Source of the DNA: Takakia lepidozioides
Taxonomy: Eukaryota > Plantae > Bryophyta
Reading direction: 5' to 3'
DNA: 64,000 nucleotides
Assembly: GCA_030704615.1 (NCBI GenBank)
Contig: CM060731.1
Span: 19,592,001-19,656,000 of the forward strand
Below the pieces are notes generated by a model. The model was not told where the DNA came from, searched no databases, and saw nothing but the letters and a program-made list of their open reading frames with translations. The translations under genes and the position numbers were made by a program. Below are positions 36,500-50,492 of this stretch, piece by piece. Within the stretch, counting starts at the first letter, position 1, and every line of letters starts with the position of its first letter.

Positions 36500-37559
36500 A
36501 ACAATGATTTTTCTGGAAAGGTGTGAGTGTCTTGCTTCATTCATTGATCTGTGTAGCCACTTGTTCGTCCACGAATGCCTGAGAATATTGGCTATGATGT
36601 ACTGTTTAGGGCATTTCCTCTGGAACATTTCTCTTGCTCAAATCCAGACTATTGTTGTGAACTGTTACAGCCTTTTTAAGGGCCATTAATAGCAACATGT
36701 TATGATGGTGATGGGCAAACAGAGTGAGAACAGGAGCAAGAAAAAGAGTATTTAGAGCAAGTACAACTCAGCAGTTGCTGACACTAGAGTTTGTGGTTCC
36801 AAGCCAGTTCTGGATAATGGTCTGGTATGTTCTATGTGTTATGTTCTTGACAGGACAGTTCTGAACTTTTGCCTCGGTATATCTAAGAGTCAACGCCGTC
36901 ACGTTACTTTTACTGCCTGAACTATGAGATTGTTCTTTCCTCCCTCAGCTCGTCATTGCCCTGCTTTCTCTTTACTTTCTTGTAAGTGCACATTGTTGCA
37001 CTCACTATGAACTTTTCAACAGGCTCTTGGTATATCTCCAGGGATGAGAACTTTGGCAGTTCTTCCTCAGGCTTGTGTCTGGATCTCTGAGTCATCTTGT
37101 AATCATTGAATCTGCAGTCGGTGTCTGTTTATGGTGGGGCATACATTAGTCTAGGCTTACAGTTCATCCCAAGGGAAACATGTGTGGGAGCAGGTCTGTA
37201 TTCTTGTGTACGTGTTGGAAACAAGTGTGTAAGCTAGAGATGTTAATCTGTGCGACCGATATTGTTGTCTTATCTACAGGCATTTGAAGAAAGAGTTTCT
37301 TGAGGCCATGATGACAGCAACGGAGAAGATCAAGGAGCCTCTCATCAAGGTATGTAATGAGGTCATAGGTTTTGCAATTCACCTCACATGTAGATGGTGA
37401 AGCTCTGCCCTCTGTGGATAAATAGCTACAAGAAACCTGCATGGGTAGATGGTCAACTAGAAGCAGCAGGGTTAGCACTCTTTAGATGAGGCACCTCCAC
37501 CATGACAGCCAATTCGATCAGAGGGCAAAGAGAGGGAGCTCGAGCCCTCAATATATTTG

Positions 37560-38630
37560 CTGGCGCTTGTGGGCATGTGAGAACACCATGTGAGGCAGGA
37601 CAACTGCAAGAAGCTCTGCAAATTGTGACCAAGGACACTTCAGCAGATTCAAGTACGTCTTATGTGTGTCTCTTGCATAAGTGCATGAAGGTGGAAGGCA
37701 TGACAGCAGAGTGCAGGCTGATCACAATCCAAAGTGCACCAAGTGCTTAACAAAAGTGATGTGGAAAGTGGCAAGCCCAACCAGGTGTCTGTTTGCATGT
37801 GCAACCCTGGCAGCCTTGGAAAATGACAAAAAGGTGCATACTGACTGCAATTTTGTGGGAGCAGGTAGCTCAACTTTGTGGCTTGCATTGCCCACATTCA
37901 TCCTCAAATGCTCCTGGCACCTTCGCCAAGTGAGGCATGGAGGACGACATCCCCATCTTGATGTGGGGCTGTGAAAGAGCTATTAACAAATTCAACTGGT
38001 AGATCCAAAAACGTCTTTTGATCTACTCACGAAGTTGCACTATCTTGGGAAGTCAGTGTGATCATTGGTGCCAATACCGGGCCCTCAATTTGGAGACCTC
38101 GAGTGCAGTGGGGATCATCAACAATGGATCATTCTTTTCCTCATTGGTATACTGGCAAGGGACCTGACAGGACTGAAATGATGTTGAGAGCTACCACTAG
38201 ATCAGGGGATCCCACAAAGATTGTGGAGGCAATGGACCGATGCATGGTCTCTTTTCTTGGGAGCACTCTTACTTCTCTGAATTTTTCCTTTTTTGAGGGT
38301 TTGATGATTTTTGATGGTTTTAACAAGGTACTTGGGTCAGCTTGGTCTTAGGAGGTCCATGGCTGTTCAGCTGCATCTTGCAAAGGGAGGGTTCGACAAT
38401 ATGGCTGAATGAAATGTGGTGTCCTAGGTTGCCATATATATCCAGCATGGGTGTGGGATGGAGGCTTTTGGAGACTTATGAGTATATGATGCGGGGTGAA
38501 GGCCAACTTCATTCCGTTTCTTTGCATGTGCAATGCACGAGTGAGCCTAGCATCCTTGGAGAAGGTCAAAGAGGTCTATGGTGACATTGTCAAAGCTGGA
38601 ATTATACGAAATGTCATGCTGAAAACACTT
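37560..38630 (+). pseudogene. PLS-PPR pseudogene paralogous to the 4570-7882 gene
   Basis: CGHVRTPCEAGQLQEALQI...ADSSTSYVCLLHKC; ATLAALENDKKVH; SLASLEKVKEVYGDIVKAGI. Confidence 0.8.
38060..38240 (+). mobile_element. Fragment of a related MULE transposase
   Basis: GKGPDRTEMMLRATTRSGDPTKI versus GKGPDKLELMLRAANRSGDPSKI in ORF 21264-21638. Confidence 0.7.
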
Positions 38631-39739
38631 CAAAGGCTCAGTGAGACTTGCAATGACCTTCACTGTCGAGAAAATTCTTGAAAGTACACTGACCATTCTG
38701 CAAAAGGATCAAAGCCTCACACTGCAAGCATAATGCCTCTAGTACAGGAAGAGTGGAGATTCAAGACAATGACACTCATCAGCATGTGCTCACTGAGCCT
38801 AACAACCTACGCCAATCAAGGACCGACAGACAGAACTTGAAGGCTTTCCTTCCTTGATGGCTTGCTCCAGCTGACGATTCTCACACACCATAGCATGATC
38901 ATGCCAGCTGTACTCTTGTACTTACTAACCCACTATCCATCACACATTGCCCACTGTCAAACTCAATTCCTCAAAAGGGGTATGTTTTAGAGACGCAGTG
39001 GTTTACTGGACCTCTAAACCAGTGTTGGGCGGTTTTTGCCTTTGTGAAGGAACCTTCGGTTCCGGTTCCACAAATTTTTTGAATAGACGGTTCCGGATCC
39101 GGATCTGGTTATTTTTTATTAAGGCGGTTCCGGTCCGGTTCAGGTTCTGACTTTTTAACATGGGGGCGGTTCCGGTTAGTTGCTGGAAAAAAAACACCGG
39201 TTCCGGTTCTTTTTTAAAAATATATTAAATTCTTTTAATTTTTTTATTCTCTGGAAAATTAGATGAACTGATCTGATTGGTCATACTGAATATTCAGAAT
39301 TTTCAACTAAAACCAGGGAATTTAGTAGTAAAACAGAAGTAAATAAACTTATATGTTTTTTGTGATTGTCTTTTATGGTATATATAACAAGTTAAATACG
39401 CATGGTCTCCATTAAAAATGGAAAACCAGAGATTTTATAAGTTTTCGTACGGTATAGCAAAGAACAACTAAAACAAACTAACTACATAAGGATCTTAATT
39501 CAAAATACAAAACAAATTAAACATGTGTAATTCTATGGTTACCTTTTATGGTGCAGCAAAAGCATAACTAAAAAAAACTACATAAATTTGTGTTTTTTTG
39601 GATGATGCTTTGTCGATATAACATACAACAAACTAAGTACACGGGATGTCACTGAAATTTTCAATAAAAATGACAAATAAACAAACTCCAATCAAAGGAG
39701 TATAGTGTAATATGTTGAACAATTTGTCTCTAAGACAAA

Positions 39740-42046
39740 TCATTCTACCTCAAAGAGGTTTGCCTCTGCAATCAAGTCCTCATTCTCATCTAAGAGGACT
39801 TCTTCCCTATCCAAAAACTCTTTCATGGAAGTACTAAAGCAACCAACTCTAGCATCATTTGGCCAATTCTTGACTACACTCATAAGCATATCAAGGTTTT
39901 CAATATTTAACCTGCACCGTTTCAAGCTTGTTATGACACCTGCAATACTAAAAACCCTCTCAGCTTCAATCTGAGATCCAACTATGCCCAAGATTAGCCG
40001 TGCCAAAAATCCCACATACGGAAAGAGAGACTCGTGTTCTTTCCACCATTTCAAAGGAGCCACGCACTCACCCTCAATTATCTTCGTCCTTCTGAAATGT
40101 GATAGTTGTTCTCATTACTGTCAATGTCATGTCTTCATTGTGGTCATGCACACCAAATAAGGACATCTCGTCCATTGTGGAAGTGGGCTGTGATTGGGCC
40201 GGAGTATCCGGATGTAAGACCTTGAAACACTTTACCAAAAGAGGCTCTAACATCATGCTATCATATTGGGACACAATATGCAAAGCACGTTCTTTGCCCA
40301 CATATTGTGATACCAATGATAACCCCTTGTAACGTGGGTCAAGCATAAGCGCGAGCATATTGTGAGCTTTGCGCGATTGAAACCTTTACAAAAAAGAAAG
40401 AAATGGTTCCAAGACATATACCACCTCTCGAGCCATCTGCCATTCCAACAATGTCAACTCCGTTGAGAAATCTCCCATGCAATGATCCACAGTTGCAGCC
40501 CTGGGAGCACTACTTCCTCGCATGCGAATTGTTGTGGCAATGGCTGCATTAAGAGCATCGGACAACAGCCAAAATTCCCCAGATTGATTCATAATGCACT
40601 CATGAACCACAGGCCCTAGAACTGTAGAAATTGATTGGGCAATGGCCCACACTTGTAGACTTGGTATGCGAGACTGCAGTGCCAATGAGGTTTGCCTAGA
40701 GTAACAAGTGATTATGGCTTGCCTAAACTCCAAAGTCTCTTGGAAGAGGATCACCTTGGAAGCAAACCGTGTCTTCACCGGAGTCTTCAATTTGTGGTGC
40801 CGCTGTCCACACATGCCTTTGCCCATTCTTGTCTCCCTTTGCCACTTTTTTTGTCCAAGTAATGGTTTTTTGCAACTCTGATTGGGCATTTTTTATAGAA
40901 ACCAATCTCATATCTGCGCATACTTTTGCATCATTTGTTGCATACTGACAACACTTGGACATTGCATGCCCAAAACAGCTACCCACAAATGGAGAATCCA
41001 ACCCCAAACACGCACATGAGACCACCGAATTCAAAGCATTGGTCAAAGTGGCCAAGTTATCTCCCTCATCTTTGACGTAAGCAATAATGCGAGTATTGAG
41101 GCCATATTTCACAAGAAGATTGTTGACTTGATGTGCCATGGCAGCCCCAGATGTGTCAGGTGTCTCAAACATGCCAAGAGTCACATGACATTGCTCCCAC
41201 TGTTCATTAATAAAGTGCGCTATGATGACAAAAGTATCAGCTCCCCCTCTTGACATCCACAAATCAAGACTCGCAGAGCAAGTAGCACAACTCTGGAGAG
41301 ATGGGGATATGTAGCGCTCTTTCGTCTTCTCTGCCAAGATTGGAATGGCCTCATTCACAAATGTCCGTCGAGAACGGAAAACAATCCGAGGATTTTGCCT
41401 CAACATCATCCTTCTTAGCCAAGGGGATTCTACCAAAGACAGTGGAACCAACTCCTTTGCAATGAACAAGACTAAATCCTCATTGAACTGCTCATCATTT
41501 TGGTTGTATGGAGTGGAGCTCCCAAAAAAAGGAGCTATGTTTCCAGGAGTGGGGCATGGCCTTTTTTTTGCTGGCCTACGGGCCTTCTCATGTTCTTCAT
41601 TTTCCTTCTCAATCCACCTACGCAAAACAATGTCATGTTCTTGATCCACATGCTTTCGAAGGGCAGAGATACCATTGGTTTTATTATAGGTCACAATACC
41701 CTTCTTGCTTGCAGGAGTGACACCAACAGGATGACATAGAACACACCTCATTTGTTGTGGATTTGTTATGTCCACTGGAGCAGAGTCTTTGTTGCATAGA
41801 ATGCCCATGTCGAAGCAGTGCGATTGTGGGGCTTCCAAAAATCCCGTTGTTTTTCAAGTACTGGGAGCTGCGCCTCCACATCCAACACCGTGTGTGATGG
41901 CGAAACTGTGGAAGATGACATTGCAGCCGAGGCTTGAGGAGCTGATGTAAATGAGGCTGCATGATGAGCATCCTCCGCAACATTACACTCCACCAAAGCT
42001 CTCTCATTATCAACATTGATGTCAGGAACAACTTCCCTTTCTAGTT
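39740..42046 (-). pseudogene. hAT transposase (BED finger, DDE, dimerisation domain), frameshifted; first codons lie at 55033-55059
   Basis: CVLC...LRKHVDQEH; SLDLWMS; CFGH; LDPRYK; PLKWWK...SQIEAERVFS. Confidence 0.9.
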
Positions 42047-43012
42047 TGTTAGAGGACTGTCTGGGACTTAGACACTTATACGGGATCTGTGGGGTACCCT
42101 TAATTTTTGCACAGACTGAGACCAACAGGAGCCTTAGGGGTGACAGCAGCGCACTTAGAAGGGGTTACACAGCCCGTCACAGCACAGCTCGTCACAGTCC
42201 GACACAGCCCGTCACAGCCAACACAACCGGTCACAGTCCGACACAGCCAGACACAGCCGTCACAGCCAGTCACAGCTTGACACAGTCGACACGGCCCAAC
42301 ACAGTCGCACAACCAGTCACAGCTTGACACAGCTGTCACGACCATAGGGAACGGATAGCAGGACAGGGAATGACTGTGGGGAACAACATCTGCGAATGGA
42401 ACATGTTAGTACACGGATGACGGTTAGTGAGGGAAACGGTTAGAACAACGGGTAGGAAGATAAAGCCAGGAGCGAGGACGGAAGAGGGCACTTCTTGGGG
42501 AATTCTGGGAGAAGGGGGAGAGATCACTTGGGAGGGACTTCGGACATCACGGGAGGAAAGGAGGAGAGAGCGCATCTCTGAGCGGAAGGAGGAGAGCACA
42601 GAGTAGGAGGAGGACGATCTGTTGATGCTTAATGAATGCAAGCAGTAGAGTTGTAATGTAGAGCAGATTAGATACTCCATGGCTTCAGCCTGATACTCGA
42701 TAGATATTAATCTGATACATACTTCATACTCACACTGTGTAGAGAGATCTGAGTGAAGCTGTGGAATGAATGGATGAGTTGATGGGATCCGATAGATTGC
42801 TGAAGCAAACTGATACTTAATTACCAACAGTAAGGTAACTAGCTAACATGAATGCGGGAAGGAAAACAAATAGGAAACACCCCATGATACACTAGCTGTA
42901 GGTCATGACTGATTGTTCTGAGCGGGCTGAGTGCTTAGAGATTTCCAACTCTTCTATCTTGGAGTTTCCGCCTCGGATAGCGAAGGGATGGGTGAGCAAA
43001 AGCCGCGTGACA
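42047..43012 (+). repeat. 5' LTR (966 bp)
   Basis: TGTTAGAGGA...GCGTGACA; near-identical to 54048-55032. Confidence 0.95.
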
Positions 43013-43014
43013 TT

Positions 43015-43031
43015 TGGCGACCATACTGGGG
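43015..43031 (+). promoter_or_regulatory. Primer binding site, probably tRNA-Arg type
   Basis: TGGCGACCATACTGGGG 2 nt after the LTR; resembles Tat/Ogre-type PBS. Confidence 0.7.
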
Positions 43032-43982
43032 AACTGGGTCATGAACAACCAGATGTGACAGGCATCTGGTGGGATCATGGTGGTTGGAGAATTAAAGAAT
43101 TTGATGTGAATCAAATTCCTTGTGAAACTGAGAAGGAAAGATTATCCAAACGATTCTTTCAAAGGTTCTTGGAATTGCCAGACGGTTGTAAAGAAAACAT
43201 TCTTAAGAGAGTGCATGATGCTGACCCTGAATGGGGTCTGGAGAAAGGAGTGATAAAGATTTATCAGGTGGCCTGTAGAGGAAGAGCACGTTGGTTACCA
43301 ACACTGGTTTATGTGATAGCATTGCTATCCATTAAGCGAGTAGAGTTTGAAGGCTGGGAAGAAAGAAAGTGAATGTTATACTCATATGCATGAAGAGCTG
43401 TACTGGTAAAGAATTGGATTCCAAAGGATATTTTGTGGATCAAACTCACACCAAGAACAACTTTCCAGACTTGTTTGCCATATGGTTATATGGTAACGGA
43501 GACTTCTAGTATAGCCAAGGGTGCATTGAAGCTGAAAGAAACCCAGGCATATACGAGAGATATTACAGAAGAGAGTTTTGGTTATTGCCACATTAAAGAA
43601 ATGAAAGACATGGGACATGAGTGATGAAAGAGAAGCTAGACGCCAGAGATATTCAGCAAAAAGATAAAGCTATCTGAAAGCTAATTATCCATATCTTTGG
43701 GAGAGAGGAATAGACATAGGGGAATCATCTGGACCTCTCACACCATTAAGATCAAAGAGTACATCACCCATACCGGAAGAACTAGAGTTGGATGCCACTC
43801 TTTTTTTCTTTGCAAGAAAGATTAAGGGAATTGGTACGGGAAGAAGATCAATCACGAGGTGAAAGATCTGAGGTACATCCCTGGATAAAAGATTTGACAG
43901 AAATCTTTGATAAGAGTTGGCATGGAACACCAAAAGCAGGAACTCCAGTTTCTGAAGCGGAAGGTGAAAAGGAGGAGAGGAT

Positions 43983-46900
43983 GTGGCAGAGCCAACGGAG
44001 AGTTCAGACTCTCCAACACCATTGCAGTTGAGTTACATGAGTGAAGAAGAAACCCAAGGGCAGAACTTGGAGGATGAAAACAGAGAGAAGAAATTGGAAG
44101 AGGAAGAGTATGAAGAAGTAGACCCAACAGCTGAGGTTGAGACTACAACCAGGACATCCCAACCCGTTGGACCTGGATCAAGTGGAGCACTTGGATCACA
44201 GGCCAACGAAGGTGTCGGCTCAGGGGGATCAGGCGGGCTGCCTGGATCTGGCTCTGGGGGGACAGGGAGTGTGGGAAGTAGTGCAACTGAAGCTGGGAAT
44301 ACTGTGAATATCTGGGGCCAGTAGCAGGGAGTGCTCAAGGGCCACCACTTGGTGGAAGATCCACCACAACAACAACAGGTCCTGAAGGACCAGCACCAGC
44401 AAGGGTGCCAGCACCTGTCAGTGGGCAGAAGGTAGGGCCACAGATGGCGTTACAACCAACACGGGCAAAACCACCTTTTCCAATATATTCAGGAAAAGGG
44501 GATCCCGATGTACACATTAGCCAATTTGAGCACATGTGTATAGTGAACAATGAGAATGGCGATGATGCCAAGATGAGATTGTTTCCTTGTTCACTTATCA
44601 AAGAAAGCAAGTGAATGGTATGCAAGATTCCCTGATAATCATTTCCTAACCTGGAATGGCTTGAATACAACATTCCGAAATAGGTTCAGGACAAGTAAAA
44701 CTGAGGATGAAGTGTATGGAAGTTTACAACAGTTAAAGCAAAAGAAGCATGAAACTGTTGAGGAGTATATGGAAAAGATGGAATTGATGATGAAAAAGCT
44801 GGCTGCAGTACCAGCACCAGGTTTACAGAAGACTTGGTTTGTGAGTGGACTAAGACCAGAGTTGCAAAAGAAAGTGGATATGTTACCCCATAATACAGTG
44901 GAGGAGGCATTTGAAACTGCAAACAGAATTGAGCAATTGGGAATGCTCAGGAGAGAGAAAAGGGATGATGAGGACTCTGAGGATGAGTCAGATGAAGAAG
45001 AAGAGCAAGAACTAAAAAGGAAGAGTAAGAGAAAGGAGAAGTTGAAGAGGGATAACTATGAGAAAAGATTGAAGAAATCTTGAAGAAGTATGCCACAGAG
45101 GCTGCAACACATTGGAGGAAGGGTGTATGGTGTGCAAAGTGCCAGAATGAAGGCCATACCACCACAGAATGCCACATGAAGGAGAAACACTGTACTATCT
45201 GTAAAATGGATAACCATTCTACTGAGAATTGTTACTACAACAGAAGGACAGTTGCAAGAGAACCTAGGCAAGTAAGGGGTGCATCAGGTGCAGCCCCAGC
45301 CAAGAAGAAACAATGATCAGGACCACTATGGTAGGTCTGGTGGTTATAACAATGGCATGGAAGGGAGAGGTAATTCAAGAGGGAATTACCAAGGAAATTC
45401 CAGAGGCAACTATCAGGGTAATCCAAGGGGGAATTACCAGCCCGGGAATCAGGATTACAGAAATAATCCAAGAACAGACCAAGGGCGAGGACCCAATGGT
45501 GAAGAACTATGTTACTATTGTAATCAGCAGGACATCGCAAGGCAGCCTGTTCATTCTGGATTAGACACCAGAATGAGATGAGAGCTCCTGTGAATGAGGG
45601 CCCAGTGGTGGCAGCTCACATGGTTAGGCCATGTGTTGTACCAGAAGTAAGTACAATGATAGTAACAAGAAGCAAAGCCAAACTAATACCTCCAGTAGTT
45701 GAGGAAGAGGATGATAATGAAGGTGGCAGTGATATGCCTGAAGATGATGAGGCTTGGAGAGATGAGAAGGAACTGCACAAGGAAGTGGCAGATACCATAA
45801 GGAAATGCAGAAGAGTACTGATATTCCTATGGCAGATTCCTCTGATTCTGATGGAGAAGAAGAAGAAGTGAGGATGAAAGGAAGAAAGAAGATGCAGTAC
45901 ATGCAGTAATGAAGGACTTTGGCTGAAGTAATATGCCAGACCAAAGCAGAGATTACCATTGGACAGCTATTGGCTGTGGCACCTTATTGTAGACACAGGC
46001 TGTATCAAGCAATCAATCGAATTGCCCAGGAGACAGGAAACACAGACCTGAACAGCAAGGTGACCAGTTATAATGTGAAGCCGGAAGGGCGAGAAACAGT
46101 CATGGACTTTGATGATTCTATGCCAGTAATCCAATTGAGAATTGGAAGCACAGAACTAACTGATGTACTGATAGATGGAGGCTCTGGAGTAAATATCATG
46201 ACAGACCAATTAAGAAAGAAGCTTGGTCTAAGTAACATGAAACCAGCCCCATTTACAGTAACAATGGCAGATCAAAGAAAGTGTACAGCCATTGGGATTA
46301 ATAAGAGGAGTTAAGATACAGATACAGAAGATGATCTTTATGATCACAGTAACTGTGTTGAAGATGGATGAAGTCATGGAGGCTTACTCCTTATTATTGG
46401 GACGTCCGTGGCTGAAACAGGCCAGGGTATTCCATGACTGGAATTCTCAGTTACTAACCGTGCATAATGGGATGCACGAGATACAAATTACCACAAAGAA
46501 ATCTAGTAGATTACCTGCTACGAGAAGACCTCGAGGGGTCAGAGAGTATGACTGGAGAGGAGGACTGGATGAGGAGCAGGAAGCTACCCTGTTTGCTGCA
46601 CACCCAGAGTGGAGCAGGTTGCAGAGATGCGGCTGGAAGGCCTAAGTTGTTTAAAGGGTATCTGCTGTGGTGTAGTGTCAGCAACACCAATTGAAGAGGA
46701 AACCAACAGTTACCCATCACATTTCTATGAAGAAAAAAAAGAGAAATGGAAATCTAGAGGAACCAGCCACTGTGAGTTTACAGGATGAAGTGGTCTTTCC
46801 AACACCTGTGCAGTGAGGGAGAATGTGAATGGTGATTGGAGCTGATGGCCAGAATCTTTGGAAGAAGGTAAGATTTCATGAGAAATATAGTATTTGAGAA

Positions 46901-49490
46901 AAAATCAGCAAAGAAATCTGAAAATCACTCCTACCTCACCAGGCAAGAATATCCCAACTTGCACAGAAGTTGAGAGAGATCAAGAAGTCGGCTGAGGCTA
47001 AGTTATATACCCAATAGAGTATACAACTGGTTGTCACCCATTGTGATAGTTCCCAAGAAGAATGGTAAACTAAGAGTTTGTGTGAACTACAAGAAGCTGA
47101 ATGCTTGTACGAAGAAAGATCCTTTCCCTTGCCATTCACAGAAGCAGTATTGGACACTGTGGCAGGCCATGAGATGTACTCATTCATGGATGGCTTAGTG
47201 GTTATAATCAAGTGCAAGTGGCAGAAGAAGACAAGGAAAGACAGCTTTCATCACAGACTGGGGTGCTTATGCATACAAAGTCATGCCCTTTGGACTTTGT
47301 AATGCACCAGCAACCTTTTAAAGAGTGATAAGTGAATCTTTTCATGAGTATCTGGATGATTTCATGCAGTGTCTTGGATGATTTCAGTGTGTACAGCTCT
47401 AAGAATGAGCACTTGCATAAATTGGAGTTATGTCTGGCCAGATGCAGATGAGAGGTCTGGGCCTGAATCTAGAGAAGTTGTACTTTTGTGTGAACTCAGG
47501 GGTGCTTCTGGGACACATTGTGTTGTAAGAGGGGACTTCTTGTGGATCCCAGGAAAACAGATGCCATAAAAGCCTCTCCATCACCAGTGAATGTTAAGAG
47601 TCTAAGGAGATTCCTTGGACAAACCAGCTATTACAGAAGATTTGTCAGACGGTATGCACAGATAGTAGCACCATTGAGCAAACTTCTGAAGAAAGATAGA
47701 TGCAGTGGTTTGTATGGACACCTGAATGTCAACAGGCTTTTGAGGAACTACATTGTAGGTAACAACTACACCTGTGCTGCTTAATCCTCACTGGCAGGAA
47801 ATATTTCATGTTCACTGTGATGCTTCTGGAGAAGCACTAGGAGCAGTGTTAGCCCAAAAGTTACAAGAATGATAGATTCACTGTGTACTATGCTAGCCGA
47901 TTGATGAACAATGCCGAAAGAAATTGCACAACGGAAAGAGAAGCATGGCAATGATCTATCAGTGAAGAAATTCAGGCATTACCTGTTGGGCAAGAAGTTT
48001 ATGTTCTATGTGGATCACCAGGCTCTGATAATCTGGTAACCAAACCTCTGATAAACGAAGAATAAGCAAGATGGTTTGATAATCTTGCACGAGTTTGAGT
48101 TGAGGTTGTTTACAAGCCTGGGAGGCTGCATCTTGTGGCGGATCACTGTCAAGGTTACAGGAGAACCAGTCACGGGAGTAGTTAGATGATCAATTACCAG
48201 ATGCGAGTCTATTTGCAGTGGAGGTGCACGGAAGTGCAGATGAATGGTTAGATTGGCAATGGCCAATCAGATACTACCTTGCTCTATGGTCAGTGCCCAT
48301 CAAGTTATGGAAAGAGCAGAGAAAGAGAATTGCTATCAAGGCTCTACCTTACACTATGGTAGGAAGCAGAATGTATAAGCTAGGACCAGATGGAGTGCTG
48401 AAGCGATGCTTATACACCATGAAGTAATAAAGTTTTGCAGGAAGTTCATAAAGGAGTGGAGGAGGTCATTTTGGAGAAGAGACTACCAGCAGGAAAATAC
48501 TACATGCAGGTTACTGGTGGCCTACTTTGTCAAAGATGTACACAAGTATTGTCAGAGTTGTGATGAATGTCAGAGGCTAGGACCTGGCAGAGATCTGGGA
48601 AGATGGCTTTGCATCCTACAATGCCTACGGAACCATTTCAGAAATGGGGACTAGACTTTGTTGGACCAATTAATCCACCAGCCAAGAATACACAGAACAG
48701 GTACATAATTACAGCCACTGATTTATACTACGAAGTGGGTGGAAGCTAAAGCTTTGAGGGACAACACAGCCAAGTCCACAGCAAGGTTCCTGTATGAGAA
48801 CATACTTACACGATTTGGCTGTCCCTTGGAATTTATCAGTGATCAAGGAAGTCAATTCATTAATGAGACCATTGAATTATTGACTAAAGAGTTCATGATT
48901 GTGCATAGGAAGAGTACAACATATTACCCACAGGGTAATGGGCAGGCAGAGGTACCAACAAAAAATACTATGTACTATCTTGGCTAAGATAGTCAATGCA
49001 AACAGAACGGATTGGGATACAAAGCTGCTGACAGCTTTGTGGTCATACAAGGACTTCATATAAGTCACCACTAAGTATACACCATTCCAATTAGTTTATG
49101 GTATGGAAGCTTACTTCAGTGGAATTCCTGTTACCTACCATGAGAACGGAATGGGGAAAGAGAATGGAATTGCAAGATTCCATTAAGGTCAAGAAACATG
49201 AATTATACCATGTGGAAGAAGTACGTGCTGATGCAGCTGATAATATGACCAGAATTCAGATGAAAAGGAAGAAACAGTTTGATGGAGGCAAGTTAAAGAC
49301 TTTTAAGACGGGAGATTTGGTTCTATGGATGCAGAAGAAGGGAAGATTAAAGCTTCTAAGCTTAAATCACCATGGAAATGACCTTATGTCATACAAAAGA
49401 TGTATGATAATACTACCGCCATGTTACAAACCATAACAAAGAAGAAATGCTGGGAAGAGTCAATGCCAATAAGTTGAAGGGTACAGTGGT
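43983..49490 (+). pseudogene. gag-pol polyprotein, many frameshifts
   Basis: YSGKGDPDVHI; knuckles CAKCQNEGHTTTEC and CTICKMDNHSTENC; protease LIDGGSG; RT and RNase H remnants; integrase [26 protein letters not shown]. Confidence 0.9.
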
Positions 49491-50492
49491 ATCCATGACA
49501 AACCATTGCAGCATGATTTGCATGTTGAAACGCAAAAGCAGTCACGGGCTGCGCCAGTGTTACCAAAGGAGTATGGAGCACTTGGCGCTAGGTCGAGCAT
49601 ATATGACCAGGGCGGGCAGAACCGGCGCGACACAGCCTATCACAGCCCATCAAGGCGCGACACAGCATATCACAACCTACCACAGCGTGTCACAGCCTAT
49701 CACAGCTTACCACAGTGTATCACAGCCTATCACGGCTACCACAGTATGACACAGCCTGTCACAGCTTAACACAGCCTACTAGGGTTACACAATCCATAGA
49801 ATCAGTGACAGGTGGACGCAGGATAACTTCACGGAAATGGCCGGCGGAAGAAAGGAAAGGACGGAAGCCAGTTTAGGAAGGGACACGTGGAAGTCAGCGC
49901 AACACACAGCTGAGAAGGAATGCAAAGCAAGAACAGATGTCATCAAGAAAGAGGACAAGAATGGCCGTCAAAATACCTAATTAGCACGTCGATTCGGATG
50001 AATGGCGGGGCCCATTAATGAATACGGAAAAAGGGGCAACAGAACAAACGGCAAGTACAGAAAAGCAAAATTCTTGTCACATGTGTTATCCTAGTGGACA
50101 GTCCAGCAGGAAAGTACACTAAGAAATAAAAATCTAAAATCCAGTCACAGCGGTTACAGCCAATCGAAAGCCAGAAAATGGATCAAGAAATTGGAGGGAA
50201 TTTAAGCGCAAGAGTCGGCGTCGTTCTAAGTAACAGGCGTCTCACCGGGACAAACCATCAATGCTATAGCTTTGAAGCTATGGAGGAACTAACAGACTAT
50301 ACGCTCGCAATATTACTTACACAGTGGCATAGGGACGAAAGAACAGAGCGGATCCTTTCTCTTGATCGATGCTTGCAAGCCCCGCAGGCTTACAAGAAAT
50401 TACCCATAGCTTTTTGTGGCAACCATACGTTTATGCTTGTGCCCTGCAGGCATTTCTTCAATTGTTACAGCCAAACATTTCTGTGGGTCTAG

